DNA of 64,000 bases from Lineus longissimus. Taxonomy: Eukaryota. The stretch spans positions 1 to 64,000 of the forward strand of contig NC_088308.1 of NCBI RefSeq assembly GCF_910592395.1. The letters are read 5' to 3'. The notes beneath the pieces are model-generated. The model had not been told where the DNA came from. It searched no databases and worked only from the letters and a program-made list of their open reading frames with translations. The stretch's first letter is position 1, and each line of letters begins with the position of its first letter. The position numbers and the translations under genes were made by a program. Positions 51,401 to 63,681 of the stretch are shown piece after piece.

Positions 51401-52779
51401 AGTACATGTATTTTGTCTCTGCCTTTACACTTACTTTGATGGTGCAATCCTCTCTGCCTTCACATTGAATTTTTGAAGACCTTCTAAATTCTCCTCTGGT
51501 TTTGTCATCAAAATAGACTTGGCTGTTCAAATCATGGAAAAAAGGTAATTTTGAATCATCAATGTTTTATGTGTCATCAAACCCCATTGTCATAGTGGCA
51601 CAAGAGAAAACCTAATAAGCACCGGTACGTTTTGCCTGTTCAACTGGCCTTACCGGTAATACTAGCTTTAGCAGGTATGGATCTATACCAAATCTATACT
51701 TGGCTTTTGCATGGGGTACCCCAATCAGGGAGACAGGAGAATAGATTTATATCATCCAAACTCAAAGATTTATCTGGCTTGAAAGAATGATCCTCCATTA
51801 CTATAGATCGATGCACTTGATTGGGAACAACGTTTACGAAGACGTCGTGTCACGTCACGTTACAGTAATGTAAAAATGCATGGTGACGTGACGACGGCCA
51901 ACACTACGTTATGTAAACGTTGTTCCCAATCAAGTGCATGGATCTATAGTCACATGATCTTTCTGGAATTGATTAGATGACTATGGCTGTTAACACAGGG
52001 TGGTTGTACCTTGAGGTGAAATGCATCCCCCTACCTTCATCCATAATATCTGCAGCAATTCGCACGTTTTTCTGGATGAGCTCCTCACTTTCAACCAAAG
52101 GCTCAAGAGATGTACTCTCTATCTTTTCCACTTCTGACACAAGTTCATCAAGTCGATGATCCAAAGTTTCACAGATACCATTCCTCAACTCACGGAAATG
52201 CTTCTCCAGTAGTTGTTTTGACGCTAATGCACTATTGGTAACCTGTGGAAAACGAAGAAGGTTTGGCATCGATTCATGTACATTTAACCTTATTCATACC
52301 CAACTTTGAAAAATCACTCTGAACAAAAAGAAAAATAACCAATATACCAAAAAAACAGGTCAAAACTTCACAGCACACAAATATTCCATTGACCATATCA
52401 TCACATTTATTTTCAGTTTCATGTCTTGAGGGTAAATCAAATGTCCTGGAGAGTTCTACCATCAGCACAAGGTTGGTTTCCTTCAGCCGTTCCTCTCTAT
52501 TATTCAATGATGAGCACATCTGAAATGAATGGGCTGGTGTCTAGTCGCGAGCCCTACAATTACATTAACATCAGCGACTGGTATTGAGTTGAGACAATCT
52601 TGACTTGTGTCCCTTGTAACAATGTAGCCATTTGTAGCCAGGCCCTTCAATGCTGGTCTCATGGCACCTACCTGTGACTTGGCTTCCTGCAGACTTTGCA
52701 GGAGCTCTGTCAACTGTAAGCGTTGTTGGTTGGTAGAATCGACCATGTCAAGAAGCCGATCAATCTCTTTCTGAGCCAT
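48441..52779 (-). CDS. CRLF3: Cytokine receptor-like factor 3, ~454 aa
   Basis: Exons 52779-52672, 52242-52035 (LEKHFRELR...LDHRLDELVSEV..IE), 51522-51435, 51186-51009 (LPEAP...PPVHITDVEERPG), 50646-50403 (FN3, WSPWS), 49249-49007 and 48736-48441; 1365 nt, phases consistent. Confidence 0.93.
49441..50385. repeat. 60-bp intronic minisatellite, ~15.5 copies
   Basis: Unit GCCATGTCGGTAGCTGATGAGAGGTCAGAGCAATGCTGTGGTGAGTGG(A/G)CTCACTCAATACAG in CRLF3 intron 5. Confidence 0.95.
51800..51950. mobile_element. MITE with ~38-bp TIRs
   Basis: ACTATAGATCGATGCACTTGATTGGGAACAACGTTTAC ... GTAAACGTTGTTCCCAATCAAGTGCATGGATCTATAGT. Confidence 0.85.
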
Positions 52780-52941
52780 TTTTCTGAAAATATCACAATC
52801 ATTCAGTGACAATCAATCGAGTTTTGCGTTTTCGTTTTGTTAAATTTGGAATTGGATGAAGACAAACATTCATAGATATAGAATTGTCTGTGAAGATAGC
52901 GATCAGGCCCAGGGACTGACCACGTCGCAAGTGATACTTAC

Positions 52942-53090
52942 CCTTCTAATGAAACTTTAGAGTTGATGTGCGATGGCAAATGTTGACCGATAAGTGCTTC
53001 AAATCGATAAAATATCTCAAATATTTTACAAAATTTCTTCGGCGCAGGTGGTCGCCATCTTGAACGCGCACGCGCACCGATATCCGGGAT
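52942..53090 (-). promoter_or_regulatory. Probable CRLF3 non-coding first exon and promoter
   Basis: GTAAGT donor at 52941-52936, YY1-type CAAGATGGCG at ~53054-53063, and a CpG-rich patch. Confidence 0.5.
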
Positions 53091-53522
53091 TTTCGCTTCC
53101 TAACCATTTCGACCCCAGTCGTTTCACTTCAAATCGAAGTCATTTCGCTCCCTGTGACTATTTAGTGGGCTTGAGAGTGTACACTAGTACAATGAATTAA
53201 GATTTGTTGAAATAGGGCCGTACCGATACCTGAGAAAACTTGCCGTTTTTAAAAAGCCTCAAGCTCAGGACACCCTTTGACTAATTCTGATTGGAAAGGT
53301 CACCAGCGTCAGACACTACTACTTTTTGCCGGCCCCAATGTATCCTCGAAAATACAAGATGCCGATTCGAACTATCCTCGGTAGTAATCGAACGCCCGGA
53401 ATCAGCATGTGCTGCAGTTTGAAAAATTTGGGTGCAGGGTATGATAGTGATAACAATGACATTTTTGACATCTGCACATGGATAATTAGATAACAAGATA
53501 AGGAAGAAGGAAAAAAAAGTTC

Positions 53523-53597
53523 GCCAGATTCACCAGGAGTCGAACCTGTGACCAGCCGCTCCACAGTCAAACACTCTTAGCTCTGAAGCGTCAAGGC
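53523..53597 (-). ncRNA. tRNA-like Pol III cassette, copy 1 (divergent)
   Basis: GCCTTGAC..CAGG-TTCGACT-CCTG..TCTGGC followed by oligo-T; upstream TATAAG. Confidence 0.5.
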
Positions 53598-54531
53598 TTT
53601 CGTTTTGAAATGGAGATTTTATCCGCGTCTTATATGCGGTATGCAAACGAGCGCACCGCAATTGTGACAAGGTCGCGCAGGTGGCAACAAAAGTGATTTG
53701 CCAAAATAGTTCCAAGTAATCGTATATTTCGATAGTTGTACAGATTTTTCTCAACATATCGTATTTATATACCTCAGTGATATAAAATATTATCTTTACA
53801 GTTGATTTTACGTTTCAATGGCCTTTTTAAAGTTTTTACAAATCGAGGTCAGCAGGGTCAGAGTCAATCTGTGAATTGTTTTCAAGGATTATGGGCAGGG
53901 TCAAAAGAAATAGTTGTTGGCGCCGATGATGTTAACAATATGGCCAATTTCCGCCCCACCCGTGAGATTTGTTCTCGTCACGTCATGAGCACATTGAACT
54001 GCCAGTGAACCGTGCTCACAGTGAATTTGACTGGCTACCACTCTCTCCATCATCACCGACGATATGTGCCGGTGCCGGTCGTGCGGAGACGCACGCCACT
54101 GCCGTACCGGTACCTGAGAAAACTTGCCGTTTTAGGCAGATTTGCGATGATTGAAACAATACATCTACCTCATAGTTCATGTATTCTCATCTAACAAACC
54201 CAGTGGAGACAGAGCCTGAACTAACATGCAGCGATCGGGAAAACTTATACACGCACCAATTGTATACAGATAGCGCTCGAGCGTGTGACTACTGACTATT
54301 GGAGTTAAATGGCGTTAGAAGTAGGAACTAGATATAATTGGACCAACAGTAAATGTACGTCAACGACCGGCGTACCCCTTTAACCATCCAGGCACCAGTG
54401 GTTTTCAATATTCTCCGCCTCTCGATATGACGAAGGAGTATAAAAAGCCTCAAGCTCAGGACACCCTTTGACTAATTCTGATTGAAAAAGTCACCAGTGT
54501 CCGACACTAATACTTTTTTTCCCCAATGTAT

Positions 54532-54883
54532 GTATGTATGTATGTATGTATATACCATATTTAAATTTAAGCGCCCTTTTCAGATTATTATCCGTTCAAA
54601 GGCGCTTTTACAATATTAATAACATTGTCGAAAAAGATGAATCTTTAGCATCGTCTGAAATGATGCAAGGCTCCTTGCTTGCCTGACCTCAAAAGGGAGC
54701 GCATTCCACAGAACAGCAGCGGAGAAAGAGAAACAACGCTCTCCATATTTGCTCCGGGCCCTTGGAACTTCCAGTCTGTTGTCATCAGCTGACCGAAGGT
54801 CTCTGCCTGGCCTATAGATATTAACTAGGCTTGACATGTAACCCGGGGCTGTTCCATGCACACACTTGAAAACGTGCATGAGG
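54532..54883 (-). mobile_element. 5'-truncated L2-type LINE 3' end inserted in the second array unit
   Basis: RT C-terminus (FKCVHGTAPGY...RDLRS...YGERCFSFSAAVLWNALP...LKIHLF), a 3' stem-loop AAGCGCC..GGCGCTT, a (CATA)n tail, and ATGTAT duplicated at 54526-54531 / 54884-54889. Confidence 0.9.
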
Positions 54884-55081
54884 ATGTATCCTCGAAAATA
54901 CAAGATGCCGATTCGAACCATCCTCGGTAGTACTCCAACGCCCGGAATCAGTATGTGCTGCAGTTTGAAAAGGTTGGTTGCGGGGTATGATAGTGATAAT
55001 AATGAAAATTTTGACATCTGCACATGGATAATTAGATAACAAGATAAGAAAGAAGAAAAAAAAAGAAAAGAAAAAAAGTTC

Positions 55082-55155
55082 GCCAGATTCACCGGGGGTC
55101 GAACCCGTGACCAGCCGCTCCACAGTCAAACACTCTTAGCGCTGAACCGTCAGGC
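55082..55155 (-). ncRNA. tRNA-like Pol III cassette, copy 2
   Basis: GCCTGACGGTTCAGCGCTAAGAGTGTTTGACTGTGGAGCGGCTGGTCACGGGTTCGACCCCCGGTGAATCTGGC + GAACTTTTTT; A/B boxes; GTG at the anticodon position. Confidence 0.5.
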
Positions 55156-56274
55156 TTTCGTTTTGAAATGGAGATTTTATCCGCGTCTTATTTGCTGTAT
55201 GCAAACGAGCGCGCCGTAATTGTGACAAGGTCGCGGAGGTGGCAGAGTGATTTGCCGAAATAGTTCCAAGTAATCGTATATTTCCATAGTTGTACATATT
55301 TTTCTCAACATATCGTTTTTATATACCTCAGTGATATAAAAGATTATCTTTACAGTTGATTTAACGTTTGAATGGCCTTTTTTTAAAGTTTTTACAAATC
55401 GAGGTCAGCAGGGCAGAGTCAATCTGTGAATTGTTTTGAAAGATTTTGGGCAGGGTCAAAAGAAATAGTTGTTGGCGCAGATAATGTTAACAAAATGGCC
55501 AATTTCCGCCCCACCCGTGAGATTTGTTCTCGTCACGTCATGAGCACATTGAACTGCTAGTGAACCGTGCTCGCAGTGAATATGTACTGGCTACCGCTCT
55601 CTCCATCATCACCGACGATATCTGCCGGTGCCGGTCGTGCGGAGACGCACGCCACTGCCGTACCGGTACCTGAGAAAACTTGCCGTTTTAGGCAGATTTG
55701 CGATGATTGAAACAATACATCTACCTCATAGTTCATGTATTATCATCTAACAAACCCAGTGGAGACAGAGCCTGAACTAACATGCAGCGATCGGGAAAAC
55801 TTATACACGCACCAATTGTATACAGATAGCGCTCGAGCTTGTGACTACTGACTATTGGAGTTGAATGGCGTTAGAAGAAGGAACTAGATATAATTGGACC
55901 AAGAGTAAATGTACGTCAACGACCGGCGTACCCCTTTAACCATCCAGGCACCAGTGGTTTACAATATCCTCCGCCTCTCGATATGATGAAGGAGTATAAA
56001 AAGCCTCAAGCTCAGGACACCCTTTGACTAATTCTGATTGAAAAAGTCACCAGTGTCCGACACTAATACTTTTTTTCCCCAATGTATCCTCGAAAATACA
56101 AGATGCCGATTCGAACCATCCTCGGTAGTACTCCAACGCCCGGAATCAGTATGGGCTGCAGTTTGAAAAGGTTGGGTGCGGGGCACGATAGTGATAATAA
56201 TGAAAATTTTGACATCTGCACATGGATAATTAGATAACAAGATAAGAAGGAAGAAAAAAAAAGAAAAAAAGTTC

Positions 56275-56348
56275 GCCAGATTCACCGGGGGTCGAACCCG
56301 TGACCAGCCGCTCCACAGTCAAACACTCTTAGCGCTGAACCGTCAGGC
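56275..56348 (-). ncRNA. tRNA-like Pol III cassette, copy 3
   Basis: Same sequence as copy 2. Confidence 0.5.
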
Positions 56349-57468
56349 TTTCGTTTTGAAATGGAGATTTTATCCGCGTCTTATTTGCTGTATGCAAACG
56401 AGCGCGCCGTAATTGTGACAAGGTCGCGGAGTTGGCAGAGTGATTTGCCGAAATAGTTCCAAGTAATCGTATATTTCCATAGTTGTACATATTTTTCTCA
56501 ACATATCGTTTTTATATACCTCAGTGATATAAAAGATTATCTTTACAGTTGATTTTACGTTTCAATGGCCTTTTTTTAAAGTTTTTACAAATCGAGGTCA
56601 GCAGGGCAGAGTCAATTTGTGAATTGTTTTGAAAGATTTTGGGCAGGGTCAAAAGAAATAGTTGTTGGCGCAGATGATGTTAACAAAATGGCCAATTTCC
56701 GCCCCACCCGTGAGATTTGTTTTCGTCACGTCATGAGCACATTGAACTGCTAGTGAACCGTGCTCGCAGTGAATATGTACTGGCTACCGCTCTCTCCATC
56801 ATCACCGACGATATCTGCCGGTGCCGGTCGTGCGGAGACGCACGCCACTGCCGTACCGGTACCTCAGAAAACTTGCCGTTTTAGGCAGATTTGCGATGAT
56901 TGAAACAATACATCTACCTCATAGTTCATGTATTATCATCTAACAAACCCAGTGGAGACAGAGCCTGAACTAACATGCAGCGATCGGGAAAACTTATACA
57001 CGCACCAATTGTATACAGATAGCGCTCGAGCTTGTGACTACTGACTATTGGAGTTGAATGGCGTTAGAAGAAGGAACTAGATATAATTGGACCAAGAGTA
57101 AATGTACGTCAACGACCGGCGTACCCCTTTAACCATCCAGGCACCAGTGGTTTACAATATCCTCCGCCTCTCGATATGATGAAGGAGTATAAAAAGCCTC
57201 AAGTTCAGGACACCCTTTGACTAATTCTGATTGAAAAAGTCACCAGTGTCCGACACTAATACTTTTTTTCCCCAATGTATCCTCGAAAATACAAGATGCC
57301 GATTCGAACCATCCTCGGAGGTACTCCAACGCCCGGAATCAGTATGTGCTGCAGTTTGAAAAGGTTGGGTGCGGGGTATGATAGTGATAATAATGAAAAA
57401 TTTGACATCTGCACATGGATAATTAGATAACAAGATAAGAAAGAAGAAAAAAAAAAGAAAAAAAGTTC

Positions 57469-57542
57469 GCCAGATTCACCGGGGGTCGAACCCGTGACCA
57501 GCCGCTCCACAGTCAAACACTCTTAGCGCTGAACCGTCAGGC
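57469..57542 (-). ncRNA. tRNA-like Pol III cassette, copy 4
   Basis: Same sequence as copy 2. Confidence 0.5.
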
Positions 57543-58665
57543 TTTCGTTTTAAAGGAGGATTTTATCCGCGTCATATATGCTGTATGCAAACGAGCGCGC
57601 CGTAATTGTGACAAGGTCGCGCAGGTGGCAGAGTGATTTGCCCAAATAGTTCCAAGTAATCGTATATTTCCATAGTTGTACATATTTTTCTCAACATATC
57701 GTTTTTATATATCTCAGTGATATAAAAGATTATCTTTACAGTTGATTTTACGTTTCAATGGCCTTTTTTTAAAGTTTTTACAAATCGAGGTCAGCAGGGC
57801 AGAGTCAATCTGTGAATTGTTTTGAAAGATTTTGGGCAGGGTCAAAAGAAATAGTTGTTGGCGCCGATGATGTTAACAAAATGGCCAATTTCCGCCCCAC
57901 CCGTGAGATTTGTTCTTGTCACGTCATGAGCACATTGAACTGCTAGTGAACCGTGCTCGCAGTGAATATGTACTGGCTACCGCTCTCTCCATCATCACCG
58001 ACGATATCTGCCGGTGCCGGTCGTGCGGAGACGCACGCCACTGCCGTACCGTTACCTCAGAAAACTTGCCGTTTTAGGCAGATTTGCGATGATTGAAACA
58101 AAACATCTACCTCATAGTTCATGTATTATCATCTAACAAACCCAGTGGAGACAGAGCCTGAACTAACATGCAGCGATCGGGAAAACTTATATATACACGC
58201 ACCAATTGTATACAGATAGCGCTCGAGCTTGTGACTACTGACTATTGGAGTTGAATGGCGTTAGAAGAAGGAACTAGATATAATTGGACCAAGAGTAAAT
58301 GTACGTCAACGACCGGCGTACCCCTTTAACCATCCAGGCACCAGTGGTTTTCAATATCCTCCGCCTCTCGATATGATGAAGGAGTATAAAAAGCCTCAAG
58401 CTCAGGACACCCTTTGACTAATTCTGATTGAAAAAGTCACCAGTGTCCGACACTAATACTTTTTTTCCCCAATGTATCCTCGAAAATACAAGATGCCGAT
58501 TCGAACCATCCTCGGAGGTACTCCAACGCCCGGAATCAGTATGTGCTGCAGTTTGAAAAGGTTGGGTGCGGGGTATGATAGTGATAATAATGAAAATTTT
58601 GACATCTGCACATGGATAATTAGATAACAAGATAAGAAAGAAGAAAAAAAAAAGAAAAAAAGTTC

Positions 58666-58739
58666 GCCAGATTCACCGGGGGTCGAACCCGTGACCAGCC
58701 GCTCCACAGTCAAACACTCTTAGCGCTGAACCGTCAGGC
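58666..58739 (-). ncRNA. tRNA-like Pol III cassette, copy 5
   Basis: Same sequence as copy 2. Confidence 0.5.
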
Positions 58740-59859
58740 TTTCGTTTTGAAATGAGGATTTTATCCGCCTCTTATATGCTGTATGCAAACGAGCGCGCCG
58801 TAATTGTAACAAGGTCGCGCAGGTGGCAGAGTGATTTGCCCAAATAGTTCCAAGTAATCGTATATTTCCATAGTTGTACATATTTTTCTCAACATATCGT
58901 TTTTATATATCTCAGTGATATAAAAGATTATCTTTACAGTTGATTTTACGTTTCAATGGCCTTTTTTTAAAGTTTTTACAAATCGAGGTCAGCAGGGCAG
59001 AGTCAATCTGTGAATTGTTTTGAAAGATTTTGGGCAGGGTCAAAAGAAATAGTTGTTGGCGCCGATGATGTTAACAAAATGGCCAATTTCCGCCCCACCC
59101 GTGAGATTTGTTCTCGTCACGTCATGAGCACATTGAACTGCTGGTGAACCGTGCTCGCAGTGAATATGTACTGGCTACCGCTCTCTCCATCATCACCGAC
59201 GATATCTGCCGGTGCCGGTCGTGCGGAGACGCACGCCACTGCCGTACCGGTACCTCAGAAAACTTGCCGTTTTAGGCAGATTTGCGATGATTGAAACAAT
59301 ACATCTACCTCATAGTTCATGTATTATCATCTAACAAACCCAGTGGAGACAGAGCCTGAACTAACATGCAGCGATCGGGAAAACTTATACACGCACCAAT
59401 TGTATACAGATAGCGCTCGAGCTTGTGACTACTGACTATTGGAGTTGAATGGCGTTAGAAGAAGGAACTAGATATAATTGGACCAAGAGTAAATGTACGT
59501 CAACGACCGGCGTACCCCTTTAACCATCCAGGCACCAGTGGTTTTCAATATTCTCCGCCTCTCGATATGATGAAGGAGTATAAAAAGCCTCAAGCTCAGG
59601 ACACCCTTTGACTAATTCTGATTGAAAAAGTCACCAGTGTCCGACACTAATACTTTTTTTCCCCAATGTATCCTCGAAAATACAAGATGCCGATTCGAAC
59701 CATCCTCGGAGGTACTCCAACGCCCGGAATCAGTATGTGCTGCAGTTTGAAAAGGTTGGGTGCGGGGTATGATAGTGATAATAATGAAAATGTTGACATC
59801 TGCACATGGATAATTAGATAACAAGATAAGAAAGAAGAAAAAAAAAAGAAATAAAGTTC

Positions 59860-59933
59860 GCCAGATTCACCGGGGGTCGAACCCGTGACCAGCCGCTCCA
59901 CAGTCAAACACTCTTAGCGCTGAACCGTCAGGC
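59860..59933 (-). ncRNA. tRNA-like Pol III cassette, copy 6
   Basis: Same as copy 2; the first T-run is interrupted (TTTATTTC). Confidence 0.5.
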
Positions 59934-61054
59934 TTTCGTTTTGAAATGAGGATTTTATCCGCCTCTTATATGCTGTATGCAAACGAGCGCGCCGTAATTG
60001 TAACAAGGTCGCGCAGGTGGCAGAGTGATTTGCCCAAATAGTTCCAAGTAATCGTATATTTCCATAGTTGTACATATTTTTCTCAACATATCGTTTTTAT
60101 ATACCTCAGTGATATAAAAGATTATCTTTACAGTTGATTTTACGTTTCAATGGCCTTTTTTTAAAGTGTTTACAAATCGAGGTCAGCAGGGCAGAGTCAA
60201 TTTGTGAATTGTTTGGAAAGATTTTGGGCAGGGTCAAAAGAAATAGTTGTTGGCGCAGATGATGTTAACAAAATGGCCAATTTCCGCCCCACCCGTGAGA
60301 TTTGTTCTCGTCACGTCATGAGCACATTGAACTGCTAGTGAACCGTGCTCGCAGTGAATATGTACTGGCTACCGCTCTCTCCATCATCACCGACGATATC
60401 TGCCGGTGCCGGTCGTGCGGAGACGCACGCCACTGCCGTACCGGTACCTCAGAAAACTTGCCGTTTTAGGCAGATTTGCGATGATTGAAACAATACATCT
60501 ACCTCATAGTTCATGTATTATCATCTAACAAACCCAGTGGAGACAGAGCCTGAACTAACATGCAGCGATCGGGAAAACTTATACACGCACCAATTGTATA
60601 CAGATAGCGCTCGAGCTTGTGACTACTGACTATTGGATTTGAATGGCGTTAGAAGAAGGAACTAGATATAATTGGACCAAGAGTAAATGTACGTCAACGA
60701 CCGGCGTACCCCTTTAACCATCCAGGCACCAGTGGTTTTCAATATCCTCCGCCTCTCGATATGATGAAGGAGTATAAAAAGCCTCAAGCTCAGGACACCC
60801 TTTGACTAATTCTGATTGAAAAAGTCACCAGTGTCCGACACTAATACTTTTTTTCCCCAATGTATCCTCGAAAATACAAGATGCCGATTCGAACCATCCT
60901 CGGTAGTACTCGAACGCCCGGAATCAGTATGTGCTGCAGTTTGAAAAGGTTGGGTGCGGGGTATGATAGTGATAATAATGAAAATTTAGACATCTGCACA
61001 TGGATAATTAGATAACAAGATAAGGAAGAAGAAAAAAAAAGAAAAAAAAAGTTC

Positions 61055-61128
61055 GCCAGATTCACCGGGGGTCGAACCCGTGACCAGCCACTCCACAGTC
61101 AAACACTCTTAGCGCTGAACCGTCAGGC
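61055..61128 (-). ncRNA. tRNA-like Pol III cassette, copy 7
   Basis: Same as copy 2 except AGCGG>AGTGG. Confidence 0.5.
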
Positions 61129-61804
61129 TTTCGTTTTGAAATGGAGATTTTATCCGCGTCTTATTTGCTGTATGCAAACGAGCGTGCCGTAATTGTGACA
61201 AGGTCGCGCTGGTGGCAGAGTGATTTGCCGAAATAGTTCCAAGTAATCGTATATTTCCATAGTTGTACAGATTTTTCTCAACATATCGTATTTATATACC
61301 TCAGTGATATAAAAGATTATCTTTACAGTTGATTTTACGTTTGAATGGCCTTTTTTAAAGTTTTTACAAATCGAGGTCAGCAGGGTCAGAGTCAATCTGT
61401 GAATTGTTTTGAAAGATTTTGGGCAGGGTCAAAAGAAATAGTTGTTGGCGCAGATGATGTGAACAAAATGGCCAATTTCCGCCCCACCCGTGAGATTTGT
61501 TCTTGTCACGTCATGAGCACATTGAACTACTACTGAACCGTGCTCGCAGTGAATACGTACTGGCTACCGCTCTCTCCATCATCACCAGTGGTTTTCAATA
61601 TCCTCCGCCTCTCGATATGACGAAGGAGTATAAAAAGTCTCAAGCTCAGGACACCCTTTGACTAATTCTGATTGAAAAAGTCACCAGTGTCCGACACTAA
61701 TACTTTTTTGCCCCAATGTATCCTCGAAAATACAAGATGCCGATTCGAACCAGCCTCGGTAGGATGGGCCTGGAGACTATAGAGCCGCTCTGGAATTTGG
61801 TCTA

Positions 61805-61838
61805 ACCTTAGAGTAACCCAGTCTAGTTACTCTAAGGT
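61805..61838. other. Perfect 13-bp-stem palindrome at the right edge of the array
   Basis: ACCTTAGAGTAAC-CCAGTCTA-GTTACTCTAAGGT. Confidence 0.85.
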
Positions 61839-62818
61839 CTAACATTATTTGATCCGATAAGGGTAACCTTTCTTTATTCTCCACATGCTCCGAGAGATGG
61901 TGGGAACGGTTTCAAACGAGTTTGTGTTTCGCAATTAAAATTGATAGCTTAACTATTACTGGCTTCATGCCCACACACAAAGATAACTTTGAATTGTCAA
62001 TGGACAAGATTGTGACAAGTTGAGACCAGCAGGGGCATTTTACCCATTATTTTTAAAGTCCGTGGGTACTCCCGGGGTTCATACTTGTATGTGGAGGGGG
62101 TAATCGGGGGAAGGGGGGGGGGGGTAATGCCTGCGAGAGGACAGAGGGCCATTGCAGGCTGTTTCGCGTTTTAGAGGGCCTGAAACATGGCAGATGGGAT
62201 TAACAGTCAAAAACACGGCCCCGTGACGGGCCGTGTCGCCTGTCGGCGAGTGTCAAATTCTGACATGTCTCATGAAAACGCTAATAAGATAATTTAGAAT
62301 CATTGGAACTTTTTTAAATTCACTTATGACGTTGACAAGATATAGTACTACACTTCTGCAAAGTTTGATGAAACTCCCAGCATTGATTTTTTTTCAAATC
62401 ACGAAAATGTATGTATACAGAATGTGCACGGACCCTATCGCAGATTTAATTGCGTCCGGAGCCCGCTCCTGGCTCCCCTGCCGTTGGCCAGCCAAACTAC
62501 ATAGTACGCACATGAAACGTCCACACAGGAGCAATGCAGCGAGAATTTGTACTGCATATAAGGGTCCTACCCAGTAAGTAAGTTCGGAGCAAAGAGACGC
62601 TGTGGCCGGCAACGGTCGGCAGTACCATGTTTGGGGTTCATGGAATAATTCGTCCCCCGTTCCCCCCTAACAAGGGGGATATTTCCACCTCACAATGAGG
62701 CAATTTTTAATTTTAAGTAATCGCGTAGTTCCACTTTTTTAGCTCAGATGGCGCCAACTGAGGTCCTGTCAAAATCATTGGCCTACCTGAGGCTGATGAG
62801 GAAACTCACGAAACTCTA

Positions 62819-62910
62819 CAGGGTGGCCCAGAAAGGTTTTGATCCCTTGCACAATAGAATTCTATTGTGTGTGTCCATTGTGTGAGGGAAATTAATTCTG
62901 GGCCACCCTG
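62819..62910. mobile_element. Tc1/mariner-type mini-MITE (92 bp)
   Basis: TA|CAGGGTGGCCCAGAA ... TTCTGGGCCACCCTG|TA. Confidence 0.9.
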
Positions 62911-63309
62911 TAGTACATGAACTTGTCACCCTGTTCAAAGATATCGGAGCGAAAGTGAAAAACGAGGACATTTCTGTTTTCCACCGCAACGGGCCTGTGT
63001 ATTTTACCGTCGCTCTATATTGTTACCTGCAGAAATGACTCTCGGCCAATGAGACAGTAGTGCACAATAACTCTTCTGGATGTGCACTCCCCTTCATTGC
63101 TCGCCATGTTGCCAGGGAGTATACCAAGTCTTTGCTGGATGTGCCATGCTTCACTATGCGTACTCTGTCTGATCTAGATGTGTACTCTCCCAACGTAGTG
63201 CACCATGTTTCTACAGGGTGGACCTTGTCTCCACGCTTGAGAAAACTGTGTCTCATTTTCACATGGTGAATACTGATCATTTTCATCAAGGGATTGCATG
63301 AAATCAGAA

Positions 63310-63560
63310 CACCAGACCTGAAGAGACAGCATATATACTGCAACAACCATACCATAATATGCTGCCACAACCAGACCTGATAATACAACATATGCTCTCA
63401 CAACCAGACCTGACAGACAGGAAATGCTGGCACAACCAGACCTGCATGAGATTGCAGATGCTGCCACAACCAGTCTGATGAGATTGCAGATACTGTCACA
63501 ACCAGACCTGGCGAGATAACAGATGCTGTTACACCCGGAGCCAAGGCCAGCACGAGCAGA
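63310..63560. repeat. Degenerate ~30-bp tandem repeat
   Basis: Recurrent (G)ATGCTGCCACAACCAGACCTG motif. Confidence 0.65.
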
Positions 63561-63681
63561 TCCACACCTGATAACCCGCCCCATCACAAAGTAGACCAAT
63601 GAACGAGCTCGATAGCAAAGATTACTTTGGAGCAATCCTCAACCGTTCATGTTTAATTGAAACATACTGAACCTATAATGT

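Larger units (their letters stand above)
53215..61760. repeat. Tandem array of ~1195-bp units (7 tRNA-like cassettes, rearranged terminal units)
   Basis: Cassette spacing is 1559 (includes a LINE insert), 1193, 1194, 1197, 1194 and 1195 bp. Internal copies are near-identical; the first copy is the most diverged. Confidence 0.97.

Noticed and set aside
55373..55460. Spliced-leader RNA candidate in the array unit (GAG|GTCAG followed by Sm-like AGATTTTGG)
   Set aside because: Weak donor, and the Sm-like site is broken in copy 1 (GATTATGG). It would need the leader found on mRNA 5' ends.
53523..61128. Functional tRNA-His(GTG) genes
   Set aside because: The anticodon stem does not pair and the acceptor stem has a mismatch and extra bases; kept as tRNA-like only.
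53281..61536. Recurrent 70-100-aa ORFs in the 1.2-kb units
   Set aside because: Frames change between copies with the poly-A length; no recognisable domains.
62780..62820. Hammerhead-like CTGATGA..GAAA core
   Set aside because: Stems I and II cannot be formed convincingly, even after removing the adjacent MITE. CTGATGA in the 43- and 60-bp repeats lacks GAAA.
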